A DNA stretch of 64,000 bases from an uncultured Chloroflexia bacterium (GTDB lineage: Bacteria > Chloroflexota > Limnocylindria > Limnocylindrales > CSP1-4): NCBI GenBank assembly GCA_963766735.1, contig CAVYBU010000004.1, forward strand, positions 32,001-96,000. Reading direction: 5' to 3'. A program made the translations under genes and the position numbers. Within the stretch, counting starts at the first letter, position 1. Every line of letters begins with the position of its first letter. Below are positions 10,196-19,403 of the stretch, one piece after another. The notes under the pieces are model-generated. The model saw nothing but the letters and a program-made list of their open reading frames with translations, was not told the origin of the DNA and searched no databases.

Positions 10196-10429
10196 ATGAA
10201 CTGGTTCAAGCGCCAACCCGGGCCGTCGGTCAGGGTCCGGGAGCCGCACGCACGCCCGCTGGACGAGGACGCCCTCAACGCCCTGGCCTTCGCCTGCACC
10301 ACCTGCGGTCGCACGGACCTGCCGGAGGCCGGCGACTGGGACCCTCCCATCTGCCAGGAGTGCGACGCCGCGATCAACGAGGACGCAATCCGAGAGGAGT
10401 TGGACCGCGACCCGGACGGGGCCTGGTAG
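10196..10429 (+). CDS. Small acidic zinc-ribbon-like hypothetical protein
   Basis: 77 aa with CTTC and CQEC pairs; fills the gap between two TA modules. Confidence 0.55.
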   Translation: MNWFKRQPGPSVRVREPHARPLDEDALNALAFACTTCGRTDLPEAGDWDPPICQECDAAINEDAIREELDRDPDGAW

Positions 10430-10446
10430 TCCTCGCCGCACTGGTT

Positions 10447-10851
10447 CTACGACTCAGCTGTCGCGCCATCCACGGCGGCGGGGACGTCCAGCCCCAGCTG
10501 CCTCGCCAGCGCTGCGCGCACCCGTCCGCGCAGGGCGGGTTCCGTCACGAACTGTGTCCGTCCGCCGATGTCAATGGTCGTGACGCGCGAGAGGTCGATC
10601 GTGCGAACCTGGTGACAGAGGATCACCGCGCCCTTCGTCTGTCCGGCATGACCGGCTGGAATGGCAACCTCGCCCGGGTACCGAGGCGCCCTCGCCGAGA
10701 TCGGGCAGACCGTGGCCATGCCGGATCCATGGAAGGGCTCATGCGACACGACGAGCGCCCGCCGCTGGCCCCTCTGCTCGTGGCCGACGGTGCCGGGCTC
10801 GAGATCAACGATCACGATCGCCCAGCGGAGCGGAGTCACTCGACGGGCCAT
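10447..10851 (-). CDS. PemK/MazF-family endoribonuclease toxin
   Basis: VDLEPGTVGHEQRGQRRALVVS, VCPIS, ILCHQVRTID. Confidence 0.88.
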   Translation of the reverse strand: MARRVTPLRWAIVIVDLEPGTVGHEQRGQRRALVVSHEPFHGSGMATVCPISARAPRYPGEVAIPAGHAGQTKGAVILCHQVRTIDLSRVTTIDIGGRTQFVTEPALRGRVRAALARQLGLDVPAAVDGATAES

Positions 10852-11093
10852 TCGACGGGGCCGTCCAGCTCGGCGGCGAGCGTCCCCATCTCGCGGCGGA
10901 ACTCCTCATCGCGCGCCGCGGCGGACCAGCGCCCGGCCTCCTCGCGATCCCGCACACCGCGGTAGAGGTGCTCGATCGCCATCTCCACGACCGCGTCCTG
11001 GCTCTGCGCAAGATCCCCGCGCGCCGCAAGGTCCCGCACGTGGGCCACGGCCTCCTGGCTGAGGTTGTACGTGCGCTTCGTCTTCGTGCTCAT
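10836..11093 (-). CDS. Putative antitoxin of the MazF-like toxin
   Basis: MSTKTKRTYNLSQEAV (RHH-like) with an acidic C-terminus; overlaps the toxin start. Confidence 0.75.
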   Translation of the reverse strand: MSTKTKRTYNLSQEAVAHVRDLAARGDLAQSQDAVVEMAIEHLYRGVRDREEAGRWSAAARDEEFRREMGTLAAELDGPVEWPVE

Positions 11094-11100
11094 GGACCCA

Positions 11101-11128
11101 ATAGTTACACGTCGATCTGACGTGTCAA
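11101..11128 (-). promoter_or_regulatory. Sigma70-type promoter with overlapping inverted-repeat operator (TA autoregulation)
   Basis: TTGACA-N16-AACTAT on the minus strand; perfect inverted repeat ACACGTC-N5-GACGTGT at 11107-11125. Confidence 0.7.
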
Positions 11129-11253
11129 TACGGACGTTCATCCGCGGGATCGGAGACCGAAGGCTCTCATGGCCGAATCCTGGCAGCCGGCGCTTGCCTG
11201 GCGCTTCCTTGGGCGACCTGGGGGCCGCGGGCACGGCGACCGGAAGCCGCCGC

Positions 11254-13357
11254 TCACTCCCCCCGGGTTGAGACCGCCGCCAGCGCGAACGGCAGCACGG
11301 GACCCGCGCCGTGCTCGCGGAGCAGGGACCCGGCAACCGTCAGCGTCCAGCGCGAGTCCACGAGGTCGTCCACCAGCAGCACCGGCCCGGACCGCACCCG
11401 CGAACCCGGACCCCCAGCCTCTGCCGTGCATTCGCGGCCTGCTGGGCGCTGTTCGCCATCTCCGCCTGCGGCGGGCCCGTCGAGGACGTCAGACATGCCA
11501 CGTACGGCAGCGCCAGCATCGAGGCCAGCCGTTCCGCGAACGCCTCCACCAGCCCCGGGCGCGTCGACCGAGGGCACGCAGGTCACCCACTCCGGCATCG
11601 GGCTCGGACGCCATCGACCCCGGATGACCTCCATCGCGGCGCCGGCCAGGTGGTCCTCGAACCGCGCGCTCGGCCCGCCATCCGAACGCCCGGCCGCATC
11701 CGAACGCCCGTGCCCGCCGCCGGCCAACCCGCGCGCCACGTCCCTCCCCCACCCCGGGTCACCGAGCATGCACAGCGCCCGCCCGATCTCGTTCGGTGTC
11801 GCGATCTTTGCCCCCTCCGGCCACTGGCGCCGGGGTTCGATGCCCCGCACGTCCCGCCGCAGGAACGCAACCGCGTCCTGCACCAGCTCCGGGGAGACGG
11901 ACCGCGGCCAGCGCACCCCGCCGTCATTCGCACAGTGGCCGCACTCCCCCGCCGAGGGGTCATTGAGCAGCCGGCCCAGGAACTCCATCCGGCAGCCCGT
12001 CGTGTCCACGTACGCCTGCATCGATGCCAGCTCCCGCCGCCGCGCCTCCAGCACCGCGGCCACCCACGCCTCGTCCTGCTCCCATGCCATCGCCGTCCGG
12101 TGGAAGCGCCCGCGCTCGCGGGCAACGGCACCATCGACCTCCAGCAGCTTGAGCGCCTTCTCGATCTGCCCGTACGGCAGGTTCACCTGCGCCTGGAGGC
12201 CGCGGATCGTCGCCGACTCGACCTTCTCCAGCGCCGCCAGGATGTCCTTCATCCGCGCCGCCGGCGGGAAGGCCGTGGACAGGAAGTACTCGGCGATCGC
12301 GTCGTCCTCGCGCCCCGACAGCAGGATCCCGTACGCCCGTTCCACCGCCCGGCCCGCGCGGCCCACCTGCTGGTAGTAGGCGATGGGCGAGCCCGGCCGC
12401 TGGTAGTGCACGACGAAACCGAGATCAGGCTTGTCGAACCCCATCCCCAGCGCCACCGTCGCCACCAGCGCCTTGAGCCTGTTCGCGAGCAGGTCTCCCT
12501 CGAGCGACCTCCCGCTCCTCGGGCGCGATGTCCGCGCTGTACGGGCGCGCGTCGATGCCCGCGGCCGCGGAGCCAGCCCGACACCCGCTGCGTGTCCGCG
12601 ACCGTGAGGCAGTACACGATCCCGGCGCCCGGCATCCCCGGCAGGTGCTCCGCCAGCCACGCGAGCCGCTCCGCCTGGTCACGCAGCGGGATCGCATCGA
12701 GGTGCAGCGTGTCCCGGGCGAGCGGGCCCCGGATCAGGGCCACGTCGTCGCCCAGCTGCTTGGCCACGTCCTCCACCACCCGGTCGTTGGCAGTGGCCGT
12801 GGTGCCGAGGATGGGCACGGCGGGCCCGAGCATCGGCAGCAGCCGGCCGATGCGCCGGTAGTCCGGCACGAACTCGTGGCCCCAGTCGCTGATGCAGTGC
12901 GCCTCGTCCACCACGAACATGCCGATCGTGCGCTGGATCGTCGGCAGCAGGCGGCCCGCGAAGTCCTCGTTGGCGAACCGCTGGGCGGACACGAACAGGA
13001 CGTCGATGCGGTCCTGCGCCAGGTCCTCCTCGATCGCCGCCCAGTCGTCGCGGTTGGCGGAGTTGATGGTCACCGCACGGAGGCCCAGGCGGTCCGCCGC
13101 ATCGATCTGGTTCCGCATGAGGCTGAGCAGCGGGCTGACGATGAGCGTCGGCCCGTGGCCTGCATCCCGGCGCACGCGCGTGGCGATCCAGTAGACGAGG
13201 CTCTTGCCCCACCCGGTCCGCTCCACGACCAGGGTGCGGGAGCCGTCCCGGACCACGGCCTCGATGGCCTCGCGCTGGCCCTCGCGGAAGCGCGGCGCCC
13301 GGCACCGAGCATTGTCTCGAGGTGGACCTGGAGGGCGTCGGGGACGGGGATCGTCAT
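11254..13357 (-). pseudogene. RecQ-family helicase with C-terminal phosphoribosyltransferase-like domain (RqlH-like), broken by several frameshifts (real or sequencing error)
   Basis: Pieces in different frames: RTGWGKS, SPLLSLM, VVDEAHCISDWGH, TATAN, VATVALGMGFDKPD, YYQQVGRAGR, Zn-binding CRM..CGHC, VLLVDDLVDSRWT. Confidence 0.85.
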
Positions 13358-13441
13358 CGGGTGAGGCTACCCGGTTCCCGCGTTGGGGCGTTCCAGTCGA
13401 ATGCGATCAGGCGATCCCGTCATTGCGGCGGGCGCATGCCG

Positions 13442-14392
13442 TCAGTCCTCGGCCTCGACCGGCACCGTCGTCGGCTTCTTCTGCTCGAGCACCGTCCGCA
13501 CCAGCTCCAGGGGCCGGATGCCCAGGATGAGCGTGAGCGACGCGAACACCAGCACGGAACCCAGCAGGAACGTCGGCGAGATCGACTCCGACAGGAACAG
13601 CGCGCCCCAGAGCACGCCGAAGACCGGGTTGAGGAAGGTCACCGTGCTCGTCGCCATCGGGCCGACATCGCGATTGAGGCGGAACAGGATCGGCCAGGCA
13701 ATCGCCGTGGACAGGATCGAGATGCCGAGCACCGCGACCACGGCCTCGGTGGTGATCGTCACCTCGCCCACCGATGCCGCGGCGAACGGCAGCAGCATCA
13801 GGGTGGCGGCGATGAGCTGGCCGGCTGCCAGCTGGATCGGGGGCTGCGGGCCCATACGCCGGCGGATGTAGGTGAGCGCGATCCCGTACGAGGCGGCGGC
13901 GATCGTGGCCGCGATGACACCGACGAGGGCATCGGGGGTCAGGTGGAGGCCCCCAAGGCCCACGATGATCCCAACCCCGGAGAACCCGATGGCGATCGCG
14001 CCCACCCGCCGCGCGGTCAGCGGCTGACGGGCCCAGACCACCAGGATCATCGCCGTCCACAGAGGCGTCGTCGCGTTGATGATCGAGCCCATGCCAGCCG
14101 TGATCGAGCGCTCCGCGAACGAGAACAGCGCGAACGGGATGGCCGCCATGAACAGCCCCACGAACGCGTAGTGGCGCCACGACTCCCGCATCGCCGCCAG
14201 CCGTGCCCGGCCCACGAACGGCAGCAGGATCAGGGATGCGATTGCCACCCGCAGGAACGCGACGACGAGCGCCGGCAGCTCCGGCGCCGCCATCCGCATG
14301 AACAGGAACGCCCCGCCGAAGGCCGCGCCGCAGTAGACCAATGAGGCGATGACGGCGACGTTGGGCGTCGGGGACGAGGCCGGGCGGGACAC
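13442..14392 (-). CDS. EamA/DMT-family transporter
   Basis: About 10 TM helices in two EamA repeats; start lies 6 nt after TAGGGT. Confidence 0.85.
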   Translation of the reverse strand: MSRPASSPTPNVAVIASLVYCGAAFGGAFLFMRMAAPELPALVVAFLRVAIASLILLPFVGRARLAAMRESWRHYAFVGLFMAAIPFALFSFAERSITAGMGSIINATTPLWTAMILVVWARQPLTARRVGAIAIGFSGVGIIVGLGGLHLTPDALVGVIAATIAAASYGIALTYIRRRMGPQPPIQLAAGQLIAATLMLLPFAAASVGEVTITTEAVVAVLGISILSTAIAWPILFRLNRDVGPMATSTVTFLNPVFGVLWGALFLSESISPTFLLGSVLVFASLTLILGIRPLELVRTVLEQKKPTTVPVEAED

Positions 14393-14499
14393 CAGAAGAC
14401 CCTAACAGCACCAGGCAAGTGCGGGAGCACCGCACAGGTCCGGGAGCCGAAGTGCCGTCCCCATCTTGCCAGCAACCCAGCATGCTGTACCATCGACCG

Positions 14500-14754
14500 A
14501 TGAAGGTGACGTTCGACCTCGATCCAGACCTGTACCGCTCGCTCAAGGTGGAGGCCGCACGCGCGGACCGGAGCGTGCGCGACGTCGTGGCGGACGCCAT
14601 CAAGGCATGGCTGGAGCACCGTGAGGAGGCCGAGGACCGGGCTTCGGCGGCAGAGGCCCTGGAGGAATACCGGCGCGACGGCGGCACCGCGGCGGCGGCA
14701 TTCTTCGAGCACCTGGCGGCCGAAGCACGCGCGGAGTACGGGTCAGATACCTGA
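14500..14754 (+). CDS. RHH-type antitoxin
   Basis: MKVTFDLDPDLYRSLKVEAARADRSVRDVV; TTGCCA-N16-TACCAT promoter ends 6 nt before the ATG; TGATG coupling to the toxin. Confidence 0.8.
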   Translation: MKVTFDLDPDLYRSLKVEAARADRSVRDVVADAIKAWLEHREEAEDRASAAEALEEYRRDGGTAAAAFFEHLAAEARAEYGSDT

Positions 14755-15026
14755 TGCCAGGCGTCCCCTACCGTGTGGACATCGCCCCGGCAGCGTCCCG
14801 CCAGCTGCGCCGCCTTCCCCCGGGCGACGCCGCCAGGCTGCGCGGCCCCATCCTCGCCCTCGGCATGGAGCCACGCCCGCCCGGGGCCACGCGCCTCGTC
14901 GACAGCGAATGGTGGCGGCTGCGTGTCGGAGACCTGCGGGTCGTCTACGCGATCGATGACGGCACGCGGGTTGTGGTCGTCCTGCGCGCGGCGCGCCGCA
15001 ACGAGAGCACCTACCGAGACCGGTAG
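14754..15026 (+). CDS. RelE/ParE-family toxin
   Basis: YRVDIAPAASRQL..PRPPG..WRLRVGDLRVVYAIDD..R..TYR. Confidence 0.88.
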   Translation: MPGVPYRVDIAPAASRQLRRLPPGDAARLRGPILALGMEPRPPGATRLVDSEWWRLRVGDLRVVYAIDDGTRVVVVLRAARRNESTYRDR

Positions 15027-15037
15027 AGGTCAGCGGA

Positions 15038-15337
15038 TCAGGCCGGTTGCCGGGGGCGGAGGAACGGCGCCGGACGCCGGCTGGACTCGTCTGGCGGCGT
15101 GGGTCCATCCCAGATGAGGGTCTCGGGGGCGATGTCGATCGCTCCCGGCCACACGAGCGTCCCGTAGTCCACACGCACCTGTCGGAACAGGCTCTCGTCG
15201 GCGGCAATCCGCTCGAACAGCGGCCCGTGCAGCAGGTCGCCCAGGTCGCGAACGACCACCTCCCCGTCTGACAGCGTCAGGCGGACGGCGCGTCCTTCCA
15301 GCGGTTCGACGGCGGCGATCTCGATCATCGCGGTCAT
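15038..15337 (-). CDS. DUF2442-family protein (putative antitoxin)
   Basis: VEPLEGRAVRLTLSDG..LFRQVRVDYGTLVWPGAIDIAPETL. Confidence 0.8.
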   Translation of the reverse strand: MTAMIEIAAVEPLEGRAVRLTLSDGEVVVRDLGDLLHGPLFERIAADESLFRQVRVDYGTLVWPGAIDIAPETLIWDGPTPPDESSRRPAPFLRPRQPA

Positions 15338-15338
15338 G

Positions 15339-15600
15339 CTAGTCGAGGGGATCGATCGCGGCCAGCGGCAAGCTGCGCGCGCGCCCGCGCCCAGTCCTCG
15401 AGCAGCTCGCTTCTCGTGTCTCGCGGCCCAGACGCAGACCAGGGCCAAGCGCCCGAGCCGGCAGCGAGCCCGCCAGGACGATGCCGTCCACGGTGATCAC
15501 CGCCGCATGCTCCGCCGTAGCGCGCGTGGAAGTGCGGCGGAGCGTGGTCGTTGTAGTTGAGCGTGATGACGATCCCGTAGAAGCGCGAGACCTCGGGCAT
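15339..15600 (-). pseudogene. DUF4160-family putative toxin, about 4 single-base frameshifts
   Basis: MPEVSRFYGIVITLNYNDHAPPHFHARYG, then in shifted frames EHAAVITVDGIVLAGSLPARAL, ELLEDWARAR, PLAAIDPLD*. Confidence 0.8.
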
Positions 15601-15745
15601 TCGCCGGACGCTACCGGCCTGCACTCTGCCCGCGCTTATGCCGGTATTCGACGGCGCCAGACCACGCGCCCTTGACGGGGGCGCCCAAGATCAGGGAAAC
15701 GCAGCGTCCGCTCCGCAGCCGAACCCCAGGGCAGGAGGGCCCGCG

Positions 15746-16081
15746 ATGCACCCGATGACAAGCGCCGAGATCGACACGATGTTCGATGTGCTGGTCGAGA
15801 CCTGTGGCGCCGCTCCCGAGACGAGGTATGCGTTCGTCGAGGGCATCGAACGGCAGCTCGCGACGGCTGCCGCGGGCTCGACCGAGCCCGCCTCCTTCAT
15901 GATCGGCGGCTACCTGGGGCCCGGGGGCACGGTCGTCATCGATGACGACGGGATCACGGTCACCGCGATCGACGACACGCCGCGTGTGCGTACCGTGATC
16001 AAGCGCGCCAACGCATCGCTCGCCCGGCTGTACGCGAGCCTCGGGGCGACACAGGCCGAGGTACCGGGAACGGGCGGCTGA
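15746..16081 (+). CDS. Hypothetical protein
   Basis: GGAGG RBS; 111 aa. A diverged copy of its 3' end recurs at 18065-18183. Confidence 0.65.
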   Translation: MHPMTSAEIDTMFDVLVETCGAAPETRYAFVEGIERQLATAAAGSTEPASFMIGGYLGPGGTVVIDDDGITVTAIDDTPRVRTVIKRANASLARLYASLGATQAEVPGTGG

Positions 16082-16216
16082 CCCAGGCGGCCCGCCCCGC
16101 GGGCGACGAGCGGCCACTCATGGACCGTCTACCGCGGGGCGCTCCGCTCGCGAGGCCGGTCAACGATGCGGAGGCCGACCGAGCGGAGGACCCGGGTGAC
16201 GTCCTCCGGGTATGGC
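15963..16216. repeat. Copy 1 of a diverged direct repeat (hypothetical-gene 3' end plus DUF2283 3' end)
   Basis: Aligns by eye with 18065-18401. Confidence 0.9.
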
Positions 16217-16359
16217 AGGCCTTCCAGGCGAACGCCGTGGCGTCGCGGTGACAGGATCTCGATACCGATGACAGAGCCGTCGGCGGCGTAGTTGATGCCG
16301 CGGGCGTCATCGAGGCGGACCTGGTGATCCCACGGCGCGTCGCTCAGCGTCAGGTACGC
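16129..16359 (-). pseudogene. 5'-truncated DUF2283-family gene (TA-associated)
   Basis: Translated by hand: AYLTLSDAPWDHQVRLDDARGINYAADGSVIGIEILSPRRHGVRLEGLPYPEDVTRVLRSVGLRIVDRPRERSAPR*. An in-frame TGA lies immediately upstream and there is no start codon. Confidence 0.7.
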
Positions 16360-16499
16360 TCACTTGATCCCCTCATCAACCCCCGTTCGGACGATGACGA
16401 GCACACGTCGGTGACGAAGCGAGCTGTTGGGGAGCACCAGCCCAACGGAGCCTCGGCGAGGGCCTGGCTACCACACTCTGTGCAGGTGTCCTGCCGGGC

Positions 16500-16757
16500 T
16501 CAGCTCGCCCGGACCAGCGCAGGCTGCGGGTACTCCTGAAGGACGTCCTGGGTGTCCCAGTCCGCGTCTCCACACCAGCCCTGGATCTCGTCCTTGACGA
16601 GCGTGCCGGACACGATGTCCTCGCCCTGGACGAACAGGATGCGCTTGCCAGAGGCCGCGATCGCCTCGAAGGGAGTCTGGTCATGGATGACCAGGTCCGA
16701 GAGGATCAGGCGGCCGGCGCCGTCGAGGTGATTGAAGTCAGCCTGGATCGTGATCAT
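16500..16757 (-). CDS. Small acidic hypothetical protein, candidate immunity protein/antitoxin
   Basis: MITIQADFNHLDGAGRL... 85 aa; ATGA overlap with the upstream gene. Confidence 0.65.
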   Translation of the reverse strand: MITIQADFNHLDGAGRLILSDLVIHDQTPFEAIAASGKRILFVQGEDIVSGTLVKDEIQGWCGDADWDTQDVLQEYPQPALVRAS

Positions 16758-17119
16758 GTCGGCGTCCCTCGCCACCGCTTCTCTTTCGGAACCGGGTTGA
16801 GCTGCGGCTCCGAAAGGATGCTGTCGAGCTGCTCGGCCGTCAAGCCGTACAGGTTGCAGTGGCATGGCGGCTCATCGGGTTCGTCCGTCGGTCCCAACCA
16901 ACCTCCCGCGGCGCGAACCATCCCGAAAGTGGTCCGCCGGATGCGGTTGTTCCGGACCGAGGCGGCGAGCTCCTCGAATGCGACGCCCGGACGGGAGACG
17001 ACCGAGAAGCCGCCGGATCGCTGAATGGCGTTCCTCATCTCCTCGAGCGTGTTGACGCCACCTCGAACCACAACGGTGGCATCGGGCCAGGTGCCTGGGT
17101 CTGAGACGTCGTACGCCAT
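16754..17119 (-). CDS. Stand-alone polymorphic-toxin-like domain protein (possibly ADP-ribosyltransferase-like)
   Basis: VVVRGG..GFSVVS..EELA..TTFGMVRAAGG..HCNLYGLT..NP pattern, which I recall from RHS C-terminal domains (recall only, not searched). Confidence 0.5.
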   Translation of the reverse strand: MAYDVSDPGTWPDATVVVRGGVNTLEEMRNAIQRSGGFSVVSRPGVAFEELAASVRNNRIRRTTFGMVRAAGGWLGPTDEPDEPPCHCNLYGLTAEQLDSILSEPQLNPVPKEKRWRGTPT

Positions 17120-17368
17120 TCGCCGAAGGGCCCTTCCCACTGGAAGCCCGACGAGACTCGCCGGATGGCCCGACCATAGGCCTCCCCACTTCGCTGCGGC
17201 TCAACCACGCGGCTAGCCTGGCGCTGAGTGCCTGCCATCCAGGGCTCATCGAAGGTCTCGTGCTTGCCGATCCGACGCCCGGACGCGAGACCCGTCGATG
17301 CGGATCCACTCGAACGTCGACCGACCATCGGGCCCCGACAGGCTCCAGGTCATCTCCCGGATGCCGAG

Positions 17369-17746
17369 TCAGGCCGCGACCGTCCTCGTGCCGTAGTGGG
17401 CGAAGACGGGGTCGCGCGTGACGACCGCGGCGTCCAGACGGAGGGCCTGCACGACCAGCATCCGGTCGAAGGGATCCCGGTGGTGCGGGTCCAGGCTCCC
17501 TGCCCGCTCGCCATCGGACGCGAGGATCGGGGCTTCGGTGAAGCCCTCCGAGGCAAGGGCACCCACGAGGTCATCGGGCGCCTGAAGCTTGCCCAGGGCC
17601 CGCTTCACGGAGATCTCCCAGACCGTCGCCGCGCTGACGAGGACCTCGTTGGCGGGATCCGAGATCAGGTCGCGGGCTGACTGGCCGAGAGAAGGGTCGT
17701 CCGCAAGCCACCAGAGCAGCGCGTGGGCGTCAAGAAGGAGCCTCAT
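17369..17746 (-). CDS. vapC: VapC-family PIN toxin
   Basis: MRLLLDAHALLWW, VSAATVWEI, HRDPFDRMLVVQA, VTRD. Confidence 0.92.
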   Translation of the reverse strand: MRLLLDAHALLWWLADDPSLGQSARDLISDPANEVLVSAATVWEISVKRALGKLQAPDDLVGALASEGFTEAPILASDGERAGSLDPHHRDPFDRMLVVQALRLDAAVVTRDPVFAHYGTRTVAA

Positions 17747-17991
17747 CCCTCGAACGCGTCGAGCAGCCACGGGTCCGTCGTGTCGAAGTCCGGAGCGAGA
17801 CGGACCTGGCCGCGCCACCGACCGGGGCGTCGGGCTTCCGTGCGAGCGTGCAGCGGGACCAGCCGGGCAACCGGGCGACCTGCTCGGGCGATCAGGATCT
17901 CCTCGCCGCTCTCTGCGCGCTCGACCAGGCGCGACAGGTGCGTCTTCGCCTCGTGGATGTTGACGGCATTCGCCACCTTCTTGGGCTCCAT
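17743..17991 (-). CDS. Phd/YefM-family antitoxin
   Basis: VNIHEAKTHLSRLVERAESGEEILIARAGRPVARL; upstream TTGACG-N17-TAAGTT promoter with a GGACTAA direct repeat. Confidence 0.92.
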   Translation of the reverse strand: MEPKKVANAVNIHEAKTHLSRLVERAESGEEILIARAGRPVARLVPLHARTEARRPGRWRGQVRLAPDFDTTDPWLLDAFEG

Positions 17992-18064
17992 GGTTAGTCC
18001 AACTTAGTCCGGTGCGGCCTGGGCGTCAAGGTCACCGTAGCGGTGGTCGCTTCGCTGCGACTCT

Positions 18065-18401
18065 CCGCGATCGACGACAGCCCGCAGGTGCGCGTCGTGA
18101 TCAAGCGCGCCAACGCATCGCTCGCCCGGTTGTACGCGAGCCTGGGGACGATCCAGGCCGAGGCACCGGGGGCGGGCGGTTGACCCGGGCGGCCCGCCCC
18201 GCGGGCGGCGATCGGCCATTCATGGACCGTCGATACGCCGGGCTCACGCGAGCCAACGTGGCGAGAGCCGACCAGACCCTATGGGATCCAATCCCACTGC
18301 TCACCATTGCGGTCCTACCGGGCAGCACTCGCTCGCGAGGCCGGTCGACGATGCGGAAGCCGACCGAGCGCAGGACCCGGGTGACCTCCTCCGGGTATGG
18401 C
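18065..18401. repeat. Copy 2 of the diverged repeat, with an extra ~85 bp (about 18232-18314)
   Basis: Encodes SAIDDSPQVRVVIKRANASLARLYASLGTIQAEAPGAGG* on + and PYPEEVTRVLRSVGFRIVDRPRE on -. Confidence 0.9.
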
Positions 18402-18409
18402 TCCGTAGC

Positions 18410-19321
18410 CTACGAAGCGGCCAAGAACTCCTGGTAGCGCCGTTCGAGGCGCGCCGGGTCTGGGAGTTCCGCGAATCGGCGTGGCAGATAGATGCGCGCC
18501 TCGTGGATCTGCTGCAACCCGACAACGAGCATGGGTCCGTCTCGCTCGGTCAGAATCGATGGCCGAACCTCGATCACGTAGTCCGGGCGGATCGCGAAGA
18601 ACAGCTGATCGAACGCCGCATGATGCAGTTTGCAGAGGGCGACGCCGTTGCTGACCACGGGCTCGCCTTCCGGGTCTCGATCCGGCGTGATGTGGGCGGC
18701 ATCCAGTAGCGATTGGTGCCGAAGCAGGCATAGGGCACAGCGCTCTTGGTAGGCGCGGAGCACCCGTTCTCGAAACACCACCTGGTGGAGCCGCTGCCTA
18801 ACTGTTCGCGTGACGTACGCTCGTCGAGCATCGATGTTGGCGTTCGCGTAGGTATCTGCAGTGGTAGCGGCCTGGAGGACTCCTGAGAGATCATCGAGCT
18901 GGATCGTGAACGTACCTTCCGCGGGGTGATCGTCAACGACGAACGCTGGGTACATCGCAACATATGAACCCGGGCGTACGCAATGGAAGTAGACGAAGGG
19001 GACCTGCTCCACCATCGCTCGACGGAGGCCGCGATTGGCCCAATGATCCGGTCCAGCATCGCGGTACGCGTACCTAAGCCGTCCTGTCCGATCGTCGAAG
19101 GTATCCGAGTAGGGCCCGTTGCAGACGGTTGTCGCACTGATCGGCAGGTCGCAGGCTGCTGGCTTCCAGATCCCCTGGGCGCCTATGAGGGGAATGCTGC
19201 GTCCGTTCAGCGCGAACCCAGCAAGACTCGCCCGCGACAAGGCCTCGCCAAATTCCTGGCGCTGTTCGGTTAACCACTCGAAGACAGCCAGCCGTATGGG
19301 CGCGTCAGCGAAACCGATCAT
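18410..19321 (-). CDS. HNH endonuclease with N-terminal SRA/PUA-like domain (putative modification-dependent restriction enzyme)
   Basis: RLHQVVFRERVLRAY, CALC, LDAAHI, NGVALCKLHHAAFD; N-terminal IWKP..GPYSD..YAYR..N.GLRRAM..PFVYF; visibly lower GC than the flanks. Confidence 0.82.
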   Translation of the reverse strand: MIGFADAPIRLAVFEWLTEQRQEFGEALSRASLAGFALNGRSIPLIGAQGIWKPAACDLPISATTVCNGPYSDTFDDRTGRLRYAYRDAGPDHWANRGLRRAMVEQVPFVYFHCVRPGSYVAMYPAFVVDDHPAEGTFTIQLDDLSGVLQAATTADTYANANIDARRAYVTRTVRQRLHQVVFRERVLRAYQERCALCLLRHQSLLDAAHITPDRDPEGEPVVSNGVALCKLHHAAFDQLFFAIRPDYVIEVRPSILTERDGPMLVVGLQQIHEARIYLPRRFAELPDPARLERRYQEFLAAS

Positions 19322-19403
19322 GTCGCCAGGATAGACCTGGGGGCAGCCATTCGAATGCCGCCTGCCTCCACGCCTTCGCGAATCAAGCGGTCCTCGTCCC
19401 CCA

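Noticed and set aside
11254-13357. Programmed frameshifting or phase variation in the RecQ-like gene
   Set aside because: There are too many scattered shifts and no slippery or homopolymer tract; error or decay is more parsimonious.
17140-17368. Possible gene remnant or small RNA between the novel pair and vapC
   Set aside because: No convincing ORF, motif or stable structure could be supported by eye.
9384-19321. Integron cassette array as an explanation for the TA-rich run of small genes
   Set aside because: No integrase and no recurring attC-like RYYYAAC...GTTRRRY sites were seen; genes lie in both orientations with their own promoters.
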